In this document: positions 16,723-31,307 of the stretch, in pieces
Numbering within the stretch: position 1 is the first letter of the stretch
How the letters are laid out: every line of letters starts with the position of its first letter
Source: Reclinomonas americana ATCC 50394
Lineage: Eukaryota
Assembly (NCBI GenBank): GCA_048213135.1
Contig: PS015033.1
Span: 1-64,000, forward strand
Direction: 5' to 3'
Length of the DNA stretch: 64,000 bases
Notes under the pieces: generated by a model
The model's input: only the letters and a program-made list of their open reading frames with translations
Databases searched by the model: none
Told to the model about the DNA's origin: nothing
Translations under genes and position numbers: made by a program

Positions 16723-17837
16723 ATGACCACAGCTGCTTCTCCGGCTTCTGTTTTCTGCAAGTGTCTGCGCGGACACTTCTCTACTGTGTGGTCCATCGCC
16801 GTGACTCCAGATGGGCAGCACGTCGTGAGTGGGAGTGGTGATCGCACTGTGAGAGTGTGGTCGCTGGCGAGTGGGCAAGAAGTGCGGCGATTGGAGGGGC
16901 ACACTGACTGGGTGACTTCAGTTGCCGTCACTCCCGATGGTCGTCACATTATTAGTGGGAGCAGTGATNNNNNNNNNNNNNNNNNNNNCGCACTGTGCGA
17001 GTGTGGTCGCTGGCGAGTGGCCAAGAAGTGCGACGAATGGAGGGACCCACAGTGATCTCAGTCGCCATCACTCCCGACGGCCAGCATATCGTGAGTGCGG
17101 GCGTGGACCGCGCAGTGCGAGTATGGTCTCTCGCACATGGAAATGAAGTGCAACGGTTGGAGGGATGCGGACGTCTGACAAAGGTCACTGTCACTCTCGA
17201 TGGTAAGCATGTCTTGAGTGCCTGTCAAGACGGACTTGTGCGTGTGTGGTCACTCGCGAATGGAAAAGAAGTGCGACGGCTGCAGGGGCACCGTGGACAG
17301 GTGTATTCTGTTGCAGTCACTCCCGACGGTCAGCACGTGGTGAGTGGTAGCAATGACAGAATAATACGAGTGTGGTCTCTGGCGAGTGGCAAGGAGGTGC
17401 GACGGATGGAGGGACACACAAATTGGGTGTTGTTTGTCGCCGTCTCTCCCGATGGGCAGAACGTGGTCAGCGGGGGTGAGGACGGAGTTGTGCGTGTGTG
17501 GTCCCTGGCGAGTGGAGAGGAGGTGCGGCGACTGGAAGGGCACACTCGGCCAGTACGTTGTGTCACTGTCACTCCCGACGGTCAGCGTATTGTCAGTGGG
17601 GGTCTAGACGGCACCATTCGAGTGTGGTCCACGCCTTGCCAACTCGCTCGGCTGGAGCTTAACGTGGCTCGATCGGCCATGCGAGCCGTCCAAGAGATGC
17701 ATCGCGCAATGAAAGAAGAAGAGGAGGAAGATGAGGAGGCAGATTCACGCTGTCTGCCAGAGATGGTGCTGCGCTGCTTCATTGTCGAAGAGGCGGTCGT
17801 TGTTGTTCACCGCTGCGCCATGGATGACAGCCTCTGA
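16723..17837 (+). CDS. Intronless WD40 protein with conserved tail, paralogue W4 (N gap at 16969-16988)
   Basis: Two ORF halves either side of the gap give seven repeats plus the tail. Confidence 0.9.
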
Positions 17838-17939
17838 TTGTGATTCGAGTAAATCCACATTGCTTCCCCCCACGGTGTTTATCTGTTCTCTTTTTTTTCA
17901 TTAGTTCTGACTCGGCGGGAGGTTGCGCTATTGTGCACT

Positions 17940-18694
17940 CTATAGATTCGGCACGGCGGCGGCGGCCGTGGAAAACGCCTTGGAGGTGAGGGCGGCAGTT
18001 GCACCGGCGAGTGAGCCGGAAGCAGTGCCACTCACAACGCCGGTGCCACCGACGGCGGTCTTGGGATGGTGTGGGGCGGCGCACACCGGGCACTTGTCGT
18101 GCTTCTTCATCCACTCCAGCATGTGATGGAAGTGACCACCGTGACCACATGCCGGCAGTTGCATAAAGAGCCCCTTGACTGGCAGATGACTGTGCGCGGT
18201 GTTGCCCCAACAATGAGAGAGAGAACGCACACACACGCACACAAACGACTTTGCGCGCACCACACTGCACACGGCTCGAGCATCCGATGACAGTTGGTGC
18301 AAATGTGACCGTGTCGTGTCGCCTCCACTGGCTTATTGCAGTGGCCGCATGTGATGTGCACGCCGGTGGAGTTCTGGTTGCGTATTTGCACGCTGGAGAA
18401 GGGGCTGAGCGAGATCACGTCGGCGGCGCAGCTGAAAAGGCGCAGCTGCAGCAGCTGATCAATGTACGAATGCGTCCACTGCTCCGCACGGCGCGTCTGC
18501 AGTGGGCACTGCAGCCGAACGACCAGCATCATGACCACACACGATTGCACGTCGCCCTGCACAGCAATGAGAATCAAACTCGTACACGCACGCACCACAG
18601 CAGAAGCGAAGCAGTACGCACCATCTCGGAGCACGCATCAAGCATGTGCGTAATNNNNNNNNNNNNNNNNNNNNCGTAGCTTCTACCTCCACGC

Positions 18695-18740
<46 letters not shown>

Positions 18741-21700
18741 TTCTGGCACTCACGGCATTGACAGGGTGCGCTCTCCCCGCCGCGAGTCGACATTGCACAG
18801 TCGCAGAGCATGGAGTCGCTCATGCGCCATGCCAAGCACTCGCCACCGACCGCGCGTTCACGCGCCGCCTCGTTGGTCCAGCCGCCGTCCATGCCGGTAC
18901 TCACGCCTTTCTCCCCCTTTGTTCTTCGCCTCCTCCTCACGCTCTCTTTTGCTTTTATTAGGCTGAACCGGTCGACTACGGCCTGGCGCGCACTGCGACT
19001 CCACCACTCTCTTCGCCCGGTTCACTGCCTTCCAGTCCGCCGCCGCTGTTGGTGATGCCGCCGATGTACATGTACGACGCCGAGGGCAAGCCCGCACACG
19101 ACTGCGTACTTATCGAGGTCGGAGCGCATCACAAGTCATCCCGTGCAACCGCCGGCGGAGGAGCTCCGGCGTCAGTGAATGGCGGCACACACGTGCCGGC
19201 GCCCTCGTCGGCTCCGTTTGGTTCCTCCTCGGCAGTGTCGGCAAGTGAGCTGTCATCGGCGATTATGCATGCGTTTGGAGACAGCGCCACGCTGGCGTCA
19301 CCGCCGAGCGCCCCCGCTGTAGTGCCGCTGCAATGCCAGAACGTGAAGCAGGCCACCTGCACTCTCATGCACATGACATCGGGCAGCGGGCGACCACGCA
19401 ACGTCACCATGCGCGTGCGCTCGCTTGTGGGTGCTGGTACTGGTGGCACTAGCACGCCGCTGCTCGGCGCCGGCGGTTCCTCGCTGTCGTCGCTTGACGA
19501 GGTTGTGCCGGAGAGCAACGCCGGCACTGACGAGGTACTGTCACCGACTGGAGCGGACGGAGGCGGTGTGGACGCCTCCACACCCACCGTGGGTGATACG
19601 CCGTCAGCAGCGACGCCAATGGGAGGCGCCGGAGCTAGCGGCAGCGGCGGTAGCGAATCCGTTGTTCGCTCAGGCATGGGAGGCATGCACGTGACGATTG
19701 GCGGCGGTGACAATCGAGGTGTGCTCGGCCTATGTGTATACGTGCATGCGCTGTTGTTGCACTTCTGCTCACAGTGTGCTGCGTCGCAGATCTCGATCAA
19801 ATCCGGCGCTTCGGCACCGGCCTGGCCACCATGGTGCGCACGGCACCGACATTGTTCTCGCTAACGAGTCCCAAGTTCCCGCACAAGCCACGCTCGTTTG
19901 CTGTGCCGCACTTTTCCAAGTTGTACCCGGTGCTGAATGATGTGGACAATCTGTCGCTGCGCGTTNNNNNNNNNNNNNNNNNNNNNNNNNNNNNNNNNNN
20001 NNNNNNNNNNNNNNNNNNNNNNNNNNNCCACACGACAAAAGGGGGGCACGGCAGGCGTGCGTGCATACCTCGAGGGCCAGTGCTGCGGACTCGTCGGCGA
20101 GAGGTGACCGATGTCTGGAATGCGGACTCTCGCCGGCCCCCTCTTCCAGATCCGTCAGCGAATTGGTCGACATGCTCAGCGGGTAAAGCAGTACGCGGCG
20201 AAAGCGCGAGGCGTGCATGACGGGTGGCGAAACCGGACTCTGCTCCTGCGGTGTTGGAGTGGTGGCGCCCGCACTGTTTGTCTCCACAGCAAAGTCGCGC
20301 GCCAGAGCCGTATCTTCGGGATCCGGCTCCGGCAACATGTTGTTCACGTCGCCCTCCGCCAACAGCATGTCTGTGCGCGCACAGGAGAGAGGAGGTGAGG
20401 GGAGGGCAGACGACAGCAGTAGCGGCGGGAGGGAAGCGCACCTCGATCCATGGATTCAAGAAGCAGTTCATCTGTCGCATGCAGAGGGTGTGAGTGAGTG
20501 GTTGTGATTGATGCGGCGGGCGGTGGCCAACTAACCGTCAGCAGTCTCCAACAAAATCGTCTCCAGCAGCCGCCACATGTTGGCGAGGTCCTCACGCTTC
20601 GCTGCGTGGGCCACCTGATTGAAGTGGGGTGAATACCGACCTTTTTTTTTTGTGGACACACGAGGGAACCAACCTTGGCGTTGTAGGCGCACAGCGCAGT
20701 GGGTGTGTCGCCCTGCACTCGGTAGTGTCGTGCCAGATACTCGAACGGCTTGGCGTCAAACTCGAACAGGTAGCCCTCCTGCGACGCAATGAGGATGCTA
20801 TGCGTGTGTGTATGCGTGGAATAGATCCAAAGCAGACGCACCGGAATCGGCTTGTACACGCGCACGGCACGCTCGTCCAGCGGTGGTGGTTTGCTGGCAG
20901 CGGCGGCAGCGGCGGCGGCAGCGGAGGGCACGTTGCCGGGTAGCATGTGGGTGGGGATGATGCCGAGGCCGAGGGAGGATCTGGAAAGGGGGAAAGGGAG
21001 AAGGAGAATGAGGGATGGAGAATGGGGGAAAGGGAGGGAATGAGGGGGGATGCAGGAGAGACAAAAGAAGACAGAAATGGAGAAAGAGAAAGGAGAAGAT
21101 GGAAAGAAGAAGAGGGGAAAGGTGATGGGGAAGGAGGGGGAGAGAATGATGGAACGGCAGAGTGGGAAAAGGGGGAAGGAGCGAGGGAGTTGCGAGGAGG
21201 AAAGGGAGAAAACGGAGAGACGGGGAGAGGTAAAGGGGGAAGGTGGTGGAGGGAGAAGGGCGGAGGAGAGATTGGAGAAGGAGAGAGAGAGAGAGAGAGA
21301 GGCGGGGCGATGGAGAGAAAGAAGGGGAGAGAGGGAGAAGAGGAAGGAAAGGGTGAAAGAGAAAGTAGAAAATGGAAGAGAAGGACGAGAGGGGAAGGTG
21401 GTGGGGGAGGAGGGCGGCGGAAGAGGGATTGGAGAAGAGCGAGAGAGAATCGGGGCGATGGAGAGACAGAAGGGGGAGAGGAGAAGAGGAAGTAAAGGTA
21501 AAGAGAAAGAAGAAGATAGAAGAGAATGACGGGACAAGTGGAGAGCGAAGGTGGTGGAGGGAGGAGGGCGTCGGAAGAGGGATTGGAGAAGGAGCGAGAG
21601 AAGCGGAGCGAGGGAGAAGAGGAAGGAAAGGGTGAAAGAGAAAGTAGAAAATGGAAGAGAAGGACGAGAGGGGAAGGTGGTGGGGGAGGAGGGCGGCGGA

Positions 21701-24700
21701 ATAGGGATTGGAGGAGGAGAGAGAGAAGCGGGGCGAGGGAGAAGAGGAAAGAAAGGGTGAAATAGAAAGTAGAAAATGGAAGAGAAGGACGGGAATGGGG
21801 GACGAGCGAGGGAGGAGGGAAAAATACAAGAATGGAGTGTGAGGGAGGAAGAGCAACAGAGAGGGAGACATCTGGATTAAGGATAGCACGAACACAAACA
21901 GCAGGCAGAGGAAGAGAATAGGAGATTGACAGCGACATGAATCAACACTAGCGCAACTGAACACGCAACTCAAAAACTCGTGGCGACTCCTGCGCCTCCT
22001 GCAGCTTGAGCGAGTCGCTGATGGACACAAAAAGAGTGAGCAACGACAGGAGAATATCGTCACGAGCAACACAAAGCTCACCTGCCGCGTCGCCTGTCAA
22101 GAGTATGCAACTTGCAAGCGACCTCGTTGCGTGGACCGAACGAAACCGCTGTATCCGGCATGTCCTCAATCGGTCGGTAGCAGTCTTCCACACGGTAGAC
22201 GAGCACGTGGCTGTCCTTGGAGGCGGAGATCAGCTCGTGGTCGGAATTCTGCAGCTCGCGTTGTTAGCACTAGAAGTGATGCGACGACCCGAGGGAGAGA
22301 AGCACGCACTCGGGAGAAAATAATGCCGGGAATGGTGTCTCGGTGGCCGCGGGCGACATACAGAGGCACGAATGGGCTCGCCGTGTCCCACACGTGAATA
22401 TTGTTGTCGGCAGCGTGCGAGCAGCTGGCAATTTGGGTGGGAAAGTCGGGGCGCCACTTGATACGCGACACGGCCACCGTCTCAATCGCCGCCTTGGGCT
22501 GATTGTCGCGCAGATCCCACACTTTGATGAAGCGATCGCGGCCGGCGGTGGCCAGCAGCGACGAATCCGTCGGGTGCCACGCCACACTAATGGCGAAACC
22601 CACGTGTGCGTTGATTTGCAACTCGGTGGCCAGCTTGCGTACGTCCCAAATCTGCAAGGCCGGCGGCCGGTGAGACAACACGCTTGGCGACGGGAAATCG
22701 AGGACAATTGCCACACACACACACACGCACCATGACATTGCCGTTCTCGTAGGCGGCGGCCAGGAAGGTGTAGTACTTGGGGTTGAACTGAATGTCGCGG
22801 ACGGATTCGTTGGAGCCGATGGCGGGGGCGGTGCCGACGGAGCGCTCGACGCGGAGGTCCTGGGATTGGGAAACAGAATGAGAAGGGGTGAAAGGGGGAA
22901 AGGGGTGAAAGGGGAAAGGGGAAGGGGAAGGGGAAGGGGAAGGGGAAGAGAGGGAGAGGGAGTGGGAGAGAGGGAGAGGAGAGGGAGAAAGAGAGGGAGC
23001 GAGAAATAAATCTCTAATCTGCGGCGTACCCAGATCTTGATGAGGCCGTCTTGCGCTGCACTGCACAGCAGATCGGGTTGACCGCGGTTCCAGCAGATGC
23101 GGTTGACGGTGCGTGTGTGCTCGTTAAATACGCGCTCTGATAAATGGCGCGACAAGTCAGCGCAAAAGGAGGTGGATAAAGGAGAAGGAGGAGATAATGG
23201 AGAAGGAGGAGGAGGAGCGGGGAAGAGTCAGAAAGGAAGGGGGAGGAGGAGGAAGAAGAGGAGGAAGAGGTGGAAATCAGGACAACGTGGCGGGCACCAC
23301 ATTCACCCAGGGCTTTGGTTTCACACTCACCTTGCTTGGAGCCCAGCTGTCTATTGAGATCCCACAGTTGTACTGAGCCGTTGGTGGCCGCGGCGGCAAT
23401 CAGGTTCTCGTGCGCTGCGATCGGACAGTGAGGAAGGAATGGCATTTCTATCATGAGCACACCAGCAAGAGGACGCAACATTTGCACGGATGCCANNNNN
23501 NNNNNNNNNNNNNNNGGGAGGGTAAGGGCGGGGAAGGGGGAGGGGAAGGGGAAGGGGGAGGGGAAGGGGAAGGGAAAGGGGAAGAAAGGGGGAGGGGTAA
23601 GAGGGGAGGGGAAGGGAGAAGGGAGAAAGGGAGGGGAAGGGAGGGGACGGGAAGGGGGAAGGCAGGGGAATGGAATGGGTGGGATATCGAAGGGGGTGGT
23701 GATGAGATGAGATAACAGAGGTGGAGAAGTCAGGAGAATACGAGAGAAGGAAAGAGGGAGACCAATATGCAGGGGAGGCAGGTGAGTACCGTGAAGTGAG
23801 AGAGAATAAGAAGAGAATGTACCGCCGAAGGGTGGGCGAGGGGAAAGAAGGGCAGGAGGGCGAGAAGGAGGGGACGCCCCCAAAAAGTCGGTGATAAGAA
23901 GGCGAGTAAGGCGAAAGAATGGCAGCAGGAGACAGAGCGACAAAAACAATGCAAGACAAGGCGGCGGCAGAAAGATGCGCAAGCGTGAGAAAGGGGCATC
24001 GAATCTGACGATGACAGACGCAGATAATGACGAGACAAGGCAACGACATGAACTCAAACGCGCGGGGTAAAGCAAGAGGACACGAGGTGCCGTGGCGGCA
24101 AAATGAAGGCAAAATGCAAGTGTGTGTGAGAGAGAGAGAGAAGAGAGAGAAGAGAGAGAAGTGAGGGGCAAAAGAAAGAGAGAGAGGGAGAGAGGAGAGA
24201 GAGGGAGAGAGGAGAGAGAGGGAGAGAGGAGAGAGAGGGAGAGAGAGCGAGAAAGAGAAGAGAGGAGAGGGAGACAGAGAGAAACAGAAAGAAAAGCCAG
24301 TGAGAGAAGAGAGTGCACAGTCTCTTCCCTCTTCGTCATCCACGCTTCTACTTCGCACCCCTGTAACCTCTCCGCTCTCTCTCTCTCTCTCCCTCCCTCC
24401 ATCCCTCCCTCTCAATCCCTTCCCCTCCCTCACGCACGCACCTGTACGACCAGCGACCACCACATTCTGCCCATCAGGCGACTCACTCAGCGCATTCAAC
24501 GGCCCGCCCACATCCACCGCACACCGCGCATTGCTCCCGTAATACGCGCCCGGGCGATACGGTCGCGCTCCCGTCGACGACGACGACAACCCTCCCGACG
24601 ATCCCGCTCGCGTCACCGTCACAGTCACAGTCGACGCCGCCGCAGCAGTCGCTGTTGCACCAGTCACTGTCGCAGTCGCCAATGATGATGACGAGGAAGA

Positions 24701-25024
24701 AGAAGACTTTCCCGGGAGCATTGACGACGGAAGATACTCTGACGATGTCGGCAATCGATCATCATCATCCACTGCTGCATCATCATCATCATCCTCCCGC
24801 ACAGCTGCTGCAGCAGTGGCGACATTATGCTGGCGCATGCGGATGTTGTCGCGCGCAATCACTGGTGCCGAGTGTGACTGCTCAATCTCCTCCTCTGCAT
24901 CGTCTGCGTCCTCTTCATTGCGTGGAGTGCGTGGTGAGCGGGAAGGCGAGGTGAGCACGCGTGCGGTGAGAGAGGCCGCAGAGGCGACAATGGAGGAGGC
25001 GGCCGCAGAGCGCGAGCGGTCCAT
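17940..25024 (-). CDS. WDR24: GATOR2 subunit WDR24/Sea2: N-terminal WD40s, C-terminal zinc finger/RING. Exons at 18675-19965 sit on the + strand in an apparently inverted piece.
   Basis: HTRTVNRICW...SAAQDGLIKIW, ESVRDIQFNP...AAAYENGNV.IWDVRK, LATAGRDRFIKVW, GDVQSCV...QWTHSYIDQL, CGHCNK...CTNC...CAVC.LPVKGL...CGHGGH..HMLEW...CP.C. Confidence 0.88.
20960..21900. repeat. Purine-rich intron of WDR24 containing degenerate tandem duplications
   Basis: The block gaaagtagaaaatggaagagaaggacg recurs at about 21360, 21640 and 21766. Confidence 0.75.
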
Positions 25025-25676
25025 AAGTGAGTGAGATGCAAATGCGTGCGTCGCAGGACAAGCTTCAGAGTGCAAGCACATAACATGGAGCGACGTGAGA
25101 GTGCCTCTGTGGCTGTCAACACTGACATCACTGTCGCCTGCAATCCCACGGAACGCGCTTCATACTTGCGCGTGAATGATGCGGGTTTGCCTCTTGTCTC
25201 AATGCATGTGAAGTGACGCGCATGTGGGAATCCATTGGCGCCGCTGCCGAGGCGAGAGGCGACACGCATCTCCTCTCCGAAATGCAGTCTCTGTTTGGAG
25301 TTTCTGCCACCACGCTGCGTGCATGCTACTCGACTCGTAATACGTTGCCAGCAATTGTACATGTGCCAGTCGTCGCTGGCATGTGGCGCTGCTTGCGAGA
25401 GAATCGGAAGAGAAGGGGAGGAAGGTGGAAGGCAGAATGAGTTGAAGGAAGACCAACCTGCAGGAAATGGCTTGCAACTCAAAGGAAGAAGAGTAGGAGT
25501 AGATGAGGCGGGACCCCTATTTCTGTTTGCTTCCCCGCCCCGTGGCACCACTGTGACAAGTCACACTACAGTTTTACTACCGCAGCGGAAGCACCGCAAG
25601 AGGAAAAACGAAGCCTGGAGAAAAGGCCTTCATAGAGAGATACGAGACCAGCTCTCCTCCTTGTTTCCTTGCCGGT

Positions 25677-27383
<1,707 letters not shown>

Positions 27384-27772
27384 TTCTTATGTGAGGGGAA
27401 GAAAGGTAAAAGAGAGAGAGTGAGGAGAGTGTGAGGAGAATGCCGCTGTGCACACACACACACGCAGAGAGAGAGAGACGCAGTGTCAGTGAGCATGATG
27501 AGCGCAACACAACAACACACACAAGAGGAGGTCACCTGTGCGCAGGCGAGGAAGCAAAAACGTTGGTTGGTCGAGTGCGAGAAAAGCGGACGCGAGAAGT
27601 CTCGCACTACTCACACTCACAAATGTCGACCTTTTTGTCGGATAACCACTCGCCTATCTCTCTCTCATGCTCTGTCTCCCTCCTGTGCTGCATTCAGCTT
27701 GCCATTCCACGCGCGCACACAGTCGTCATTTCATTTTGCTGCTTATAAACGCTGCACAACACTTTCTGCGTG

Positions 27773-28100
27773 TTAGAGCCCGCCTCCAAGGCCGTCGTCG
27801 TGCTCATCCGGCATCTCCTGGCGCATCTCAGACACCGTCTATTATAGCACAACACAAACAAAGAACAAAAAGCGATGAGAAGTGCTGTTGCTGATTTTCG
27901 AACATGCATGTTACAAACTCACCGTGTGAATGTTCTGGCCGGCGACAGTGATGTGCGGCGAGCTGTGTGTGTGTGTGTGTACGTGTGTGTTAGTGCCTTT
28001 GCAGTTATCTCTGTGTGTGTGAGTTTGGACGTAACATGGTGTGCACGACTGGCGGCGGTGTGTAGTGGTGATGATGGTGGTGGCCTCCTCCTCCGCCCAT
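27773..28100 (-). CDS. Microprotein B (56 aa; exons 28100-28036, 27962-27923, 27838-27773)
   Basis: Spliced product MGGGGGHHHHHHYTPPPVVHTISPHITVAGQNIHTTVSEMRQEMPDEHDDGLGGGL*. Confidence 0.9.
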
Positions 28101-28429
28101 GTTTTGTGTGGTGTGTGTGTGTGGAAGAAGACTGTGGTGGCCACGATGAGCAGTGATGGAGTGAGAACGCGACTCTTCTCGCACACGCACCGACCTTGTG
28201 AATGCGACAATGTCCTCTTGTCGTCATGCATTGACTTCGTGCCTTCGCTGGTCCACAACTTTACGTTTGTGACCGGTGTGGAAGACTCACCCGACGATCT
28301 GGAATGAGTTCTTGCCGTCTTGATAGCACGTGAAGTGGCAACCAGATTGCCAATCATGCTCATGAAACGCAAAGAAAACGGACTTCAACGCGCTGGCAAA
28401 CCATCTTACGTGCCTTCACTCGCACGTGC

Positions 28430-28507
<78 letters not shown>

Positions 28508-28542
28508 CACACACACAACGGTGCAGCGATCAGGCGAGCACC

Positions 28543-29631
28543 TCACATGCACAACCGAGGATCACTACGACACCGATGAAGAACGACAGCTGCCTCCTCG
28601 ACAATGAAACAGCGAAGAACCATCTCTGGCAGGCACCGAGAATCCAGTTCTTCCTCCTCCTCCATCATCGCCTTGCGCTGCATCTCCTGAACTGCGCGCA
28701 TGGCCAACCGAGCCACATCGAGCTCGAGTCGAGCGACGCCACATGGCGAGGACCACACTCGCACAGTTTTGTCGCAGCTGCCGCTGACAATGTGCTGGCC
28801 GCAGCTAGAGACAGCGACACAAGTCACTGCTCTTGTGTGACCCCTCAGCTGCCGCACCTCATCTCCGCTTGCTAGAGACCACACACGTGCGGTGCCATCA
28901 GAACTGCCACTCACCACATGCTGTCCATTGGGAGTGACGGCGACAGACCGCAAAAACCCAGTGTGCCCAACCAGCCGTCGCAACTCTTCTCCGCTCTCCA
29001 GCGACCACACTCGCACAGCATTGTCCCAGCTCCCACTCACAACGTGTCGACTGTCGGGGGTGACGGCCACTGTCCACACTGTATTACTGTGTCCCTCCAG
29101 CCGTCGCACCTCCTGGCCGCTGACCATCGACCACACTCTCACTGTGCTGTCATCGCCAGCACTAACAACGTGCTGATTATCAAGAGTTACAGCAACCGAG
29201 TTCATGGCAGTGTGTCCCTCCAACCGTCTCACTTCCTCGCCACTCGCCAACTGCCAAATTCGCACTGTGCTGTCCCTACTCCCACTCACAACGCACTGAC
29301 CATCGGGAGAAACGGCGACAGACCACACCACATCTGTGTGTCCCTCGAACCGCCGCAGTTCCTCTCCACTCGCGAGTGACCACACACGGACTGCAGTGTC
29401 GCGGCTCCCACTCACAACGTGCATGCCGTTGGGAGTGATGGCCACACACACAACGGAAGATGAGTGCCCCTCCAACCGTCGCACTTCTTCGCCACTCGCC
29501 ATGGACCACACACGAACGGTCTTGTCGTTGCCGCCACTGACCACGTGCAAGCCATCGGGAGTGAAGGCAACAGCACGCACCAAATCACTGTGCAGACGAG
29601 TAATCTGGCAGGAGAAAGGTGGAGATGACAT
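28543..29631 (-). CDS. Intronless 7xWD40 protein with conserved tail, paralogue W5
   Basis: Starts MSSPPFSCQITRLH; seven repeats; tail with DSRCLPEMVLRCFIVEEAA. Confidence 0.92.
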   Translation of the reverse strand: MSSPPFSCQITRLHSDLVRAVAFTPDGLHVVSGGNDKTVRVWSMASGEEVRRLEGHSSSVVCVAITPNGMHVVSGSRDTAVRVWSLASGEELRRFEGHTDVVWSVAVSPDGQCVVSGSRDSTVRIWQLASGEEVRRLEGHTAMNSVAVTLDNQHVVSAGDDSTVRVWSMVSGQEVRRLEGHSNTVWTVAVTPDSRHVVSGSWDNAVRVWSLESGEELRRLVGHTGFLRSVAVTPNGQHVVSGSSDGTARVWSLASGDEVRQLRGHTRAVTCVAVSSCGQHIVSGSCDKTVRVWSSPCGVARLELDVARLAMRAVQEMQRKAMMEEEEELDSRCLPEMVLRCFIVEEAAVVLHRCRSDPRLCM

Positions 29632-29917
29632 GAGGGGAGTGGGAGGAGAGGAGGGTGGGAGCAGAGTGGAATGGAAACACCCACAAAGAGAGACGTGTGA
29701 GAGAGAGATGTTAGCGCTCGCGAGCGTGTTTGTGGATGAAAAGGACGAGGGACCACAAGCGACGTCTCCTATTGTTGAGAGAAACGCGAGGCTGGTTGAC
29801 TTCCCATGTGTATCAGCTGCCCCTTTGCATGTTAGCCACCACAGCATGTGCGTCTCAAGGCCGTACATTTTCAATGTCGATACCACTTTATTAATATTCC
29901 TTTCTCTTTTCCGAAGC

Positions 29918-31018
29918 TCATATGCATAACCGGGGGTCCCAGCGACATCGAAGTAGCACGACAGCTGCCTCCTCTAAAATGAAACAGCGGAGAACCATCT
30001 CCGGCAGGCACCGTGAATCCGCGGCCGGTTCTTCTTCCTCCTCCATCATCGCCTCACACTGCATCTCCTGAACTGCGTGCATGGCCAACCGAGACATGTC
30101 AAGCTCCTGCCGAGCGAGGCCACACGCTGAGGACCACACTCGCACGGTCTTATCCCAGCCGCCAGTGACAATGTGCTGGCCGCATGGAGAGACGGCAACA
30201 CACGACACTGCCTGGTCGTGTCCTTCTAACCGTTGCACCTCCTCTCCGCTTGCCAGCAACCACACTCGAGCGGTCTTGTCCTGACTCCCACTAATAACGT
30301 GCTGGCCATCGGAAGTGACGGAGACAGACCACACGAAATCAGTGTGCCCCACCAGTCGCCGTGTTGTTCCTTCTCCGCTCTCCAAGGACCACACTCGCAC
30401 TGTGTTGTCCCAGCTCCCACTCACAACGCGTCGACCGTCGGGGGTGACGGCCACAGACCATACCAGACTAATGTGTCCCTCCAGCCGTCGCACTTGTTCG
30501 CCACTCGCCATGGACCACACTCGAACAGTCATGTCATCGCCCGCACTCACAACGTGCTGACTATCAGGAGTGACGGCGACGGACATTACACTTCCACTGT
30601 GCCCCTTCAACCGCCGCACTCGCGATCCACTCACCAATGACCACAAGCGAACAGTCCTGTCGCTGCTCCCACTCACCACCAGCCGGCCGTCGGGAGACAC
30701 GGCGACAGATCGCACCGAGCCAGTGTGACCCTCCAACCGCCGCAGTTCCCTCCCACTCGCCAGTGACCATAGGCGAATTGTGCGATCCTCGCTCCCACAA
30801 ACTATTTCATGGCCATCTGGAGTGACGGCCACACACAGCACATGAGATGAGTGCCCCTTCAACTGTCGCACCTCTTCGCCACTCGCCATGGACCACACAC
30901 GGACTGTCTTGTCGCAGCTGCCACTGACCACGTGCATGCCATCGGGAGTGACGACGACAGACCAAACATAGTGAGTGTGTCCGTGGAGGATCTTGCAGGA
31001 GAGAGACGTCGATGACAT
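29918..31018 (-). CDS. Intronless 7xWD40 protein with conserved tail, paralogue W6
   Basis: 366-aa ORF: seven repeats plus tail. Confidence 0.93.
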   Translation of the reverse strand: MSSTSLSCKILHGHTHYVWSVVVTPDGMHVVSGSCDKTVRVWSMASGEEVRQLKGHSSHVLCVAVTPDGHEIVCGSEDRTIRLWSLASGRELRRLEGHTGSVRSVAVSPDGRLVVSGSSDRTVRLWSLVSGSRVRRLKGHSGSVMSVAVTPDSQHVVSAGDDMTVRVWSMASGEQVRRLEGHISLVWSVAVTPDGRRVVSGSWDNTVRVWSLESGEGTTRRLVGHTDFVWSVSVTSDGQHVISGSQDKTARVWLLASGEEVQRLEGHDQAVSCVAVSPCGQHIVTGGWDKTVRVWSSACGLARQELDMSRLAMHAVQEMQCEAMMEEEEEPAADSRCLPEMVLRCFILEEAAVVLLRCRWDPRLCI

Positions 31019-31307
31019 GAAGGGAGTGGGAGGGAAGATGCAGGGAGAAGGGAGAGATCAGGGAGGATGAAAACACACACAAGAGAGGTGCGACGGAGAG
31101 AGTGGGTTCGATGGAAGGACCTGGGACTGCGAAGCGACGTCTATCTGCGATGGCTGGTTGACTTCCCATTTGTATTAGCTGCTCCCATTTCCACCGCACT
31201 GGCGTCACAACGTCGTGCATTGTCAACTTCGATCACAACACACTTGACGGGTTTACTTGGACGTCTTCCCTCTTTTTCTCTCTTCTGCAGCATCCAGACA
31301 CTGCAAC

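Noticed and set aside
13320-17782. Long antisense ORFs over the WD40 genes (TTCWPSGVTAT repeats)
   Set aside because: Shadow frames of repetitive GC-rich coding sequence.
19049-19965. Apparent separate + strand gene nested in WDR24
   Set aside because: Bounded by gaps, and it splices in phase into WDR24 when flipped.
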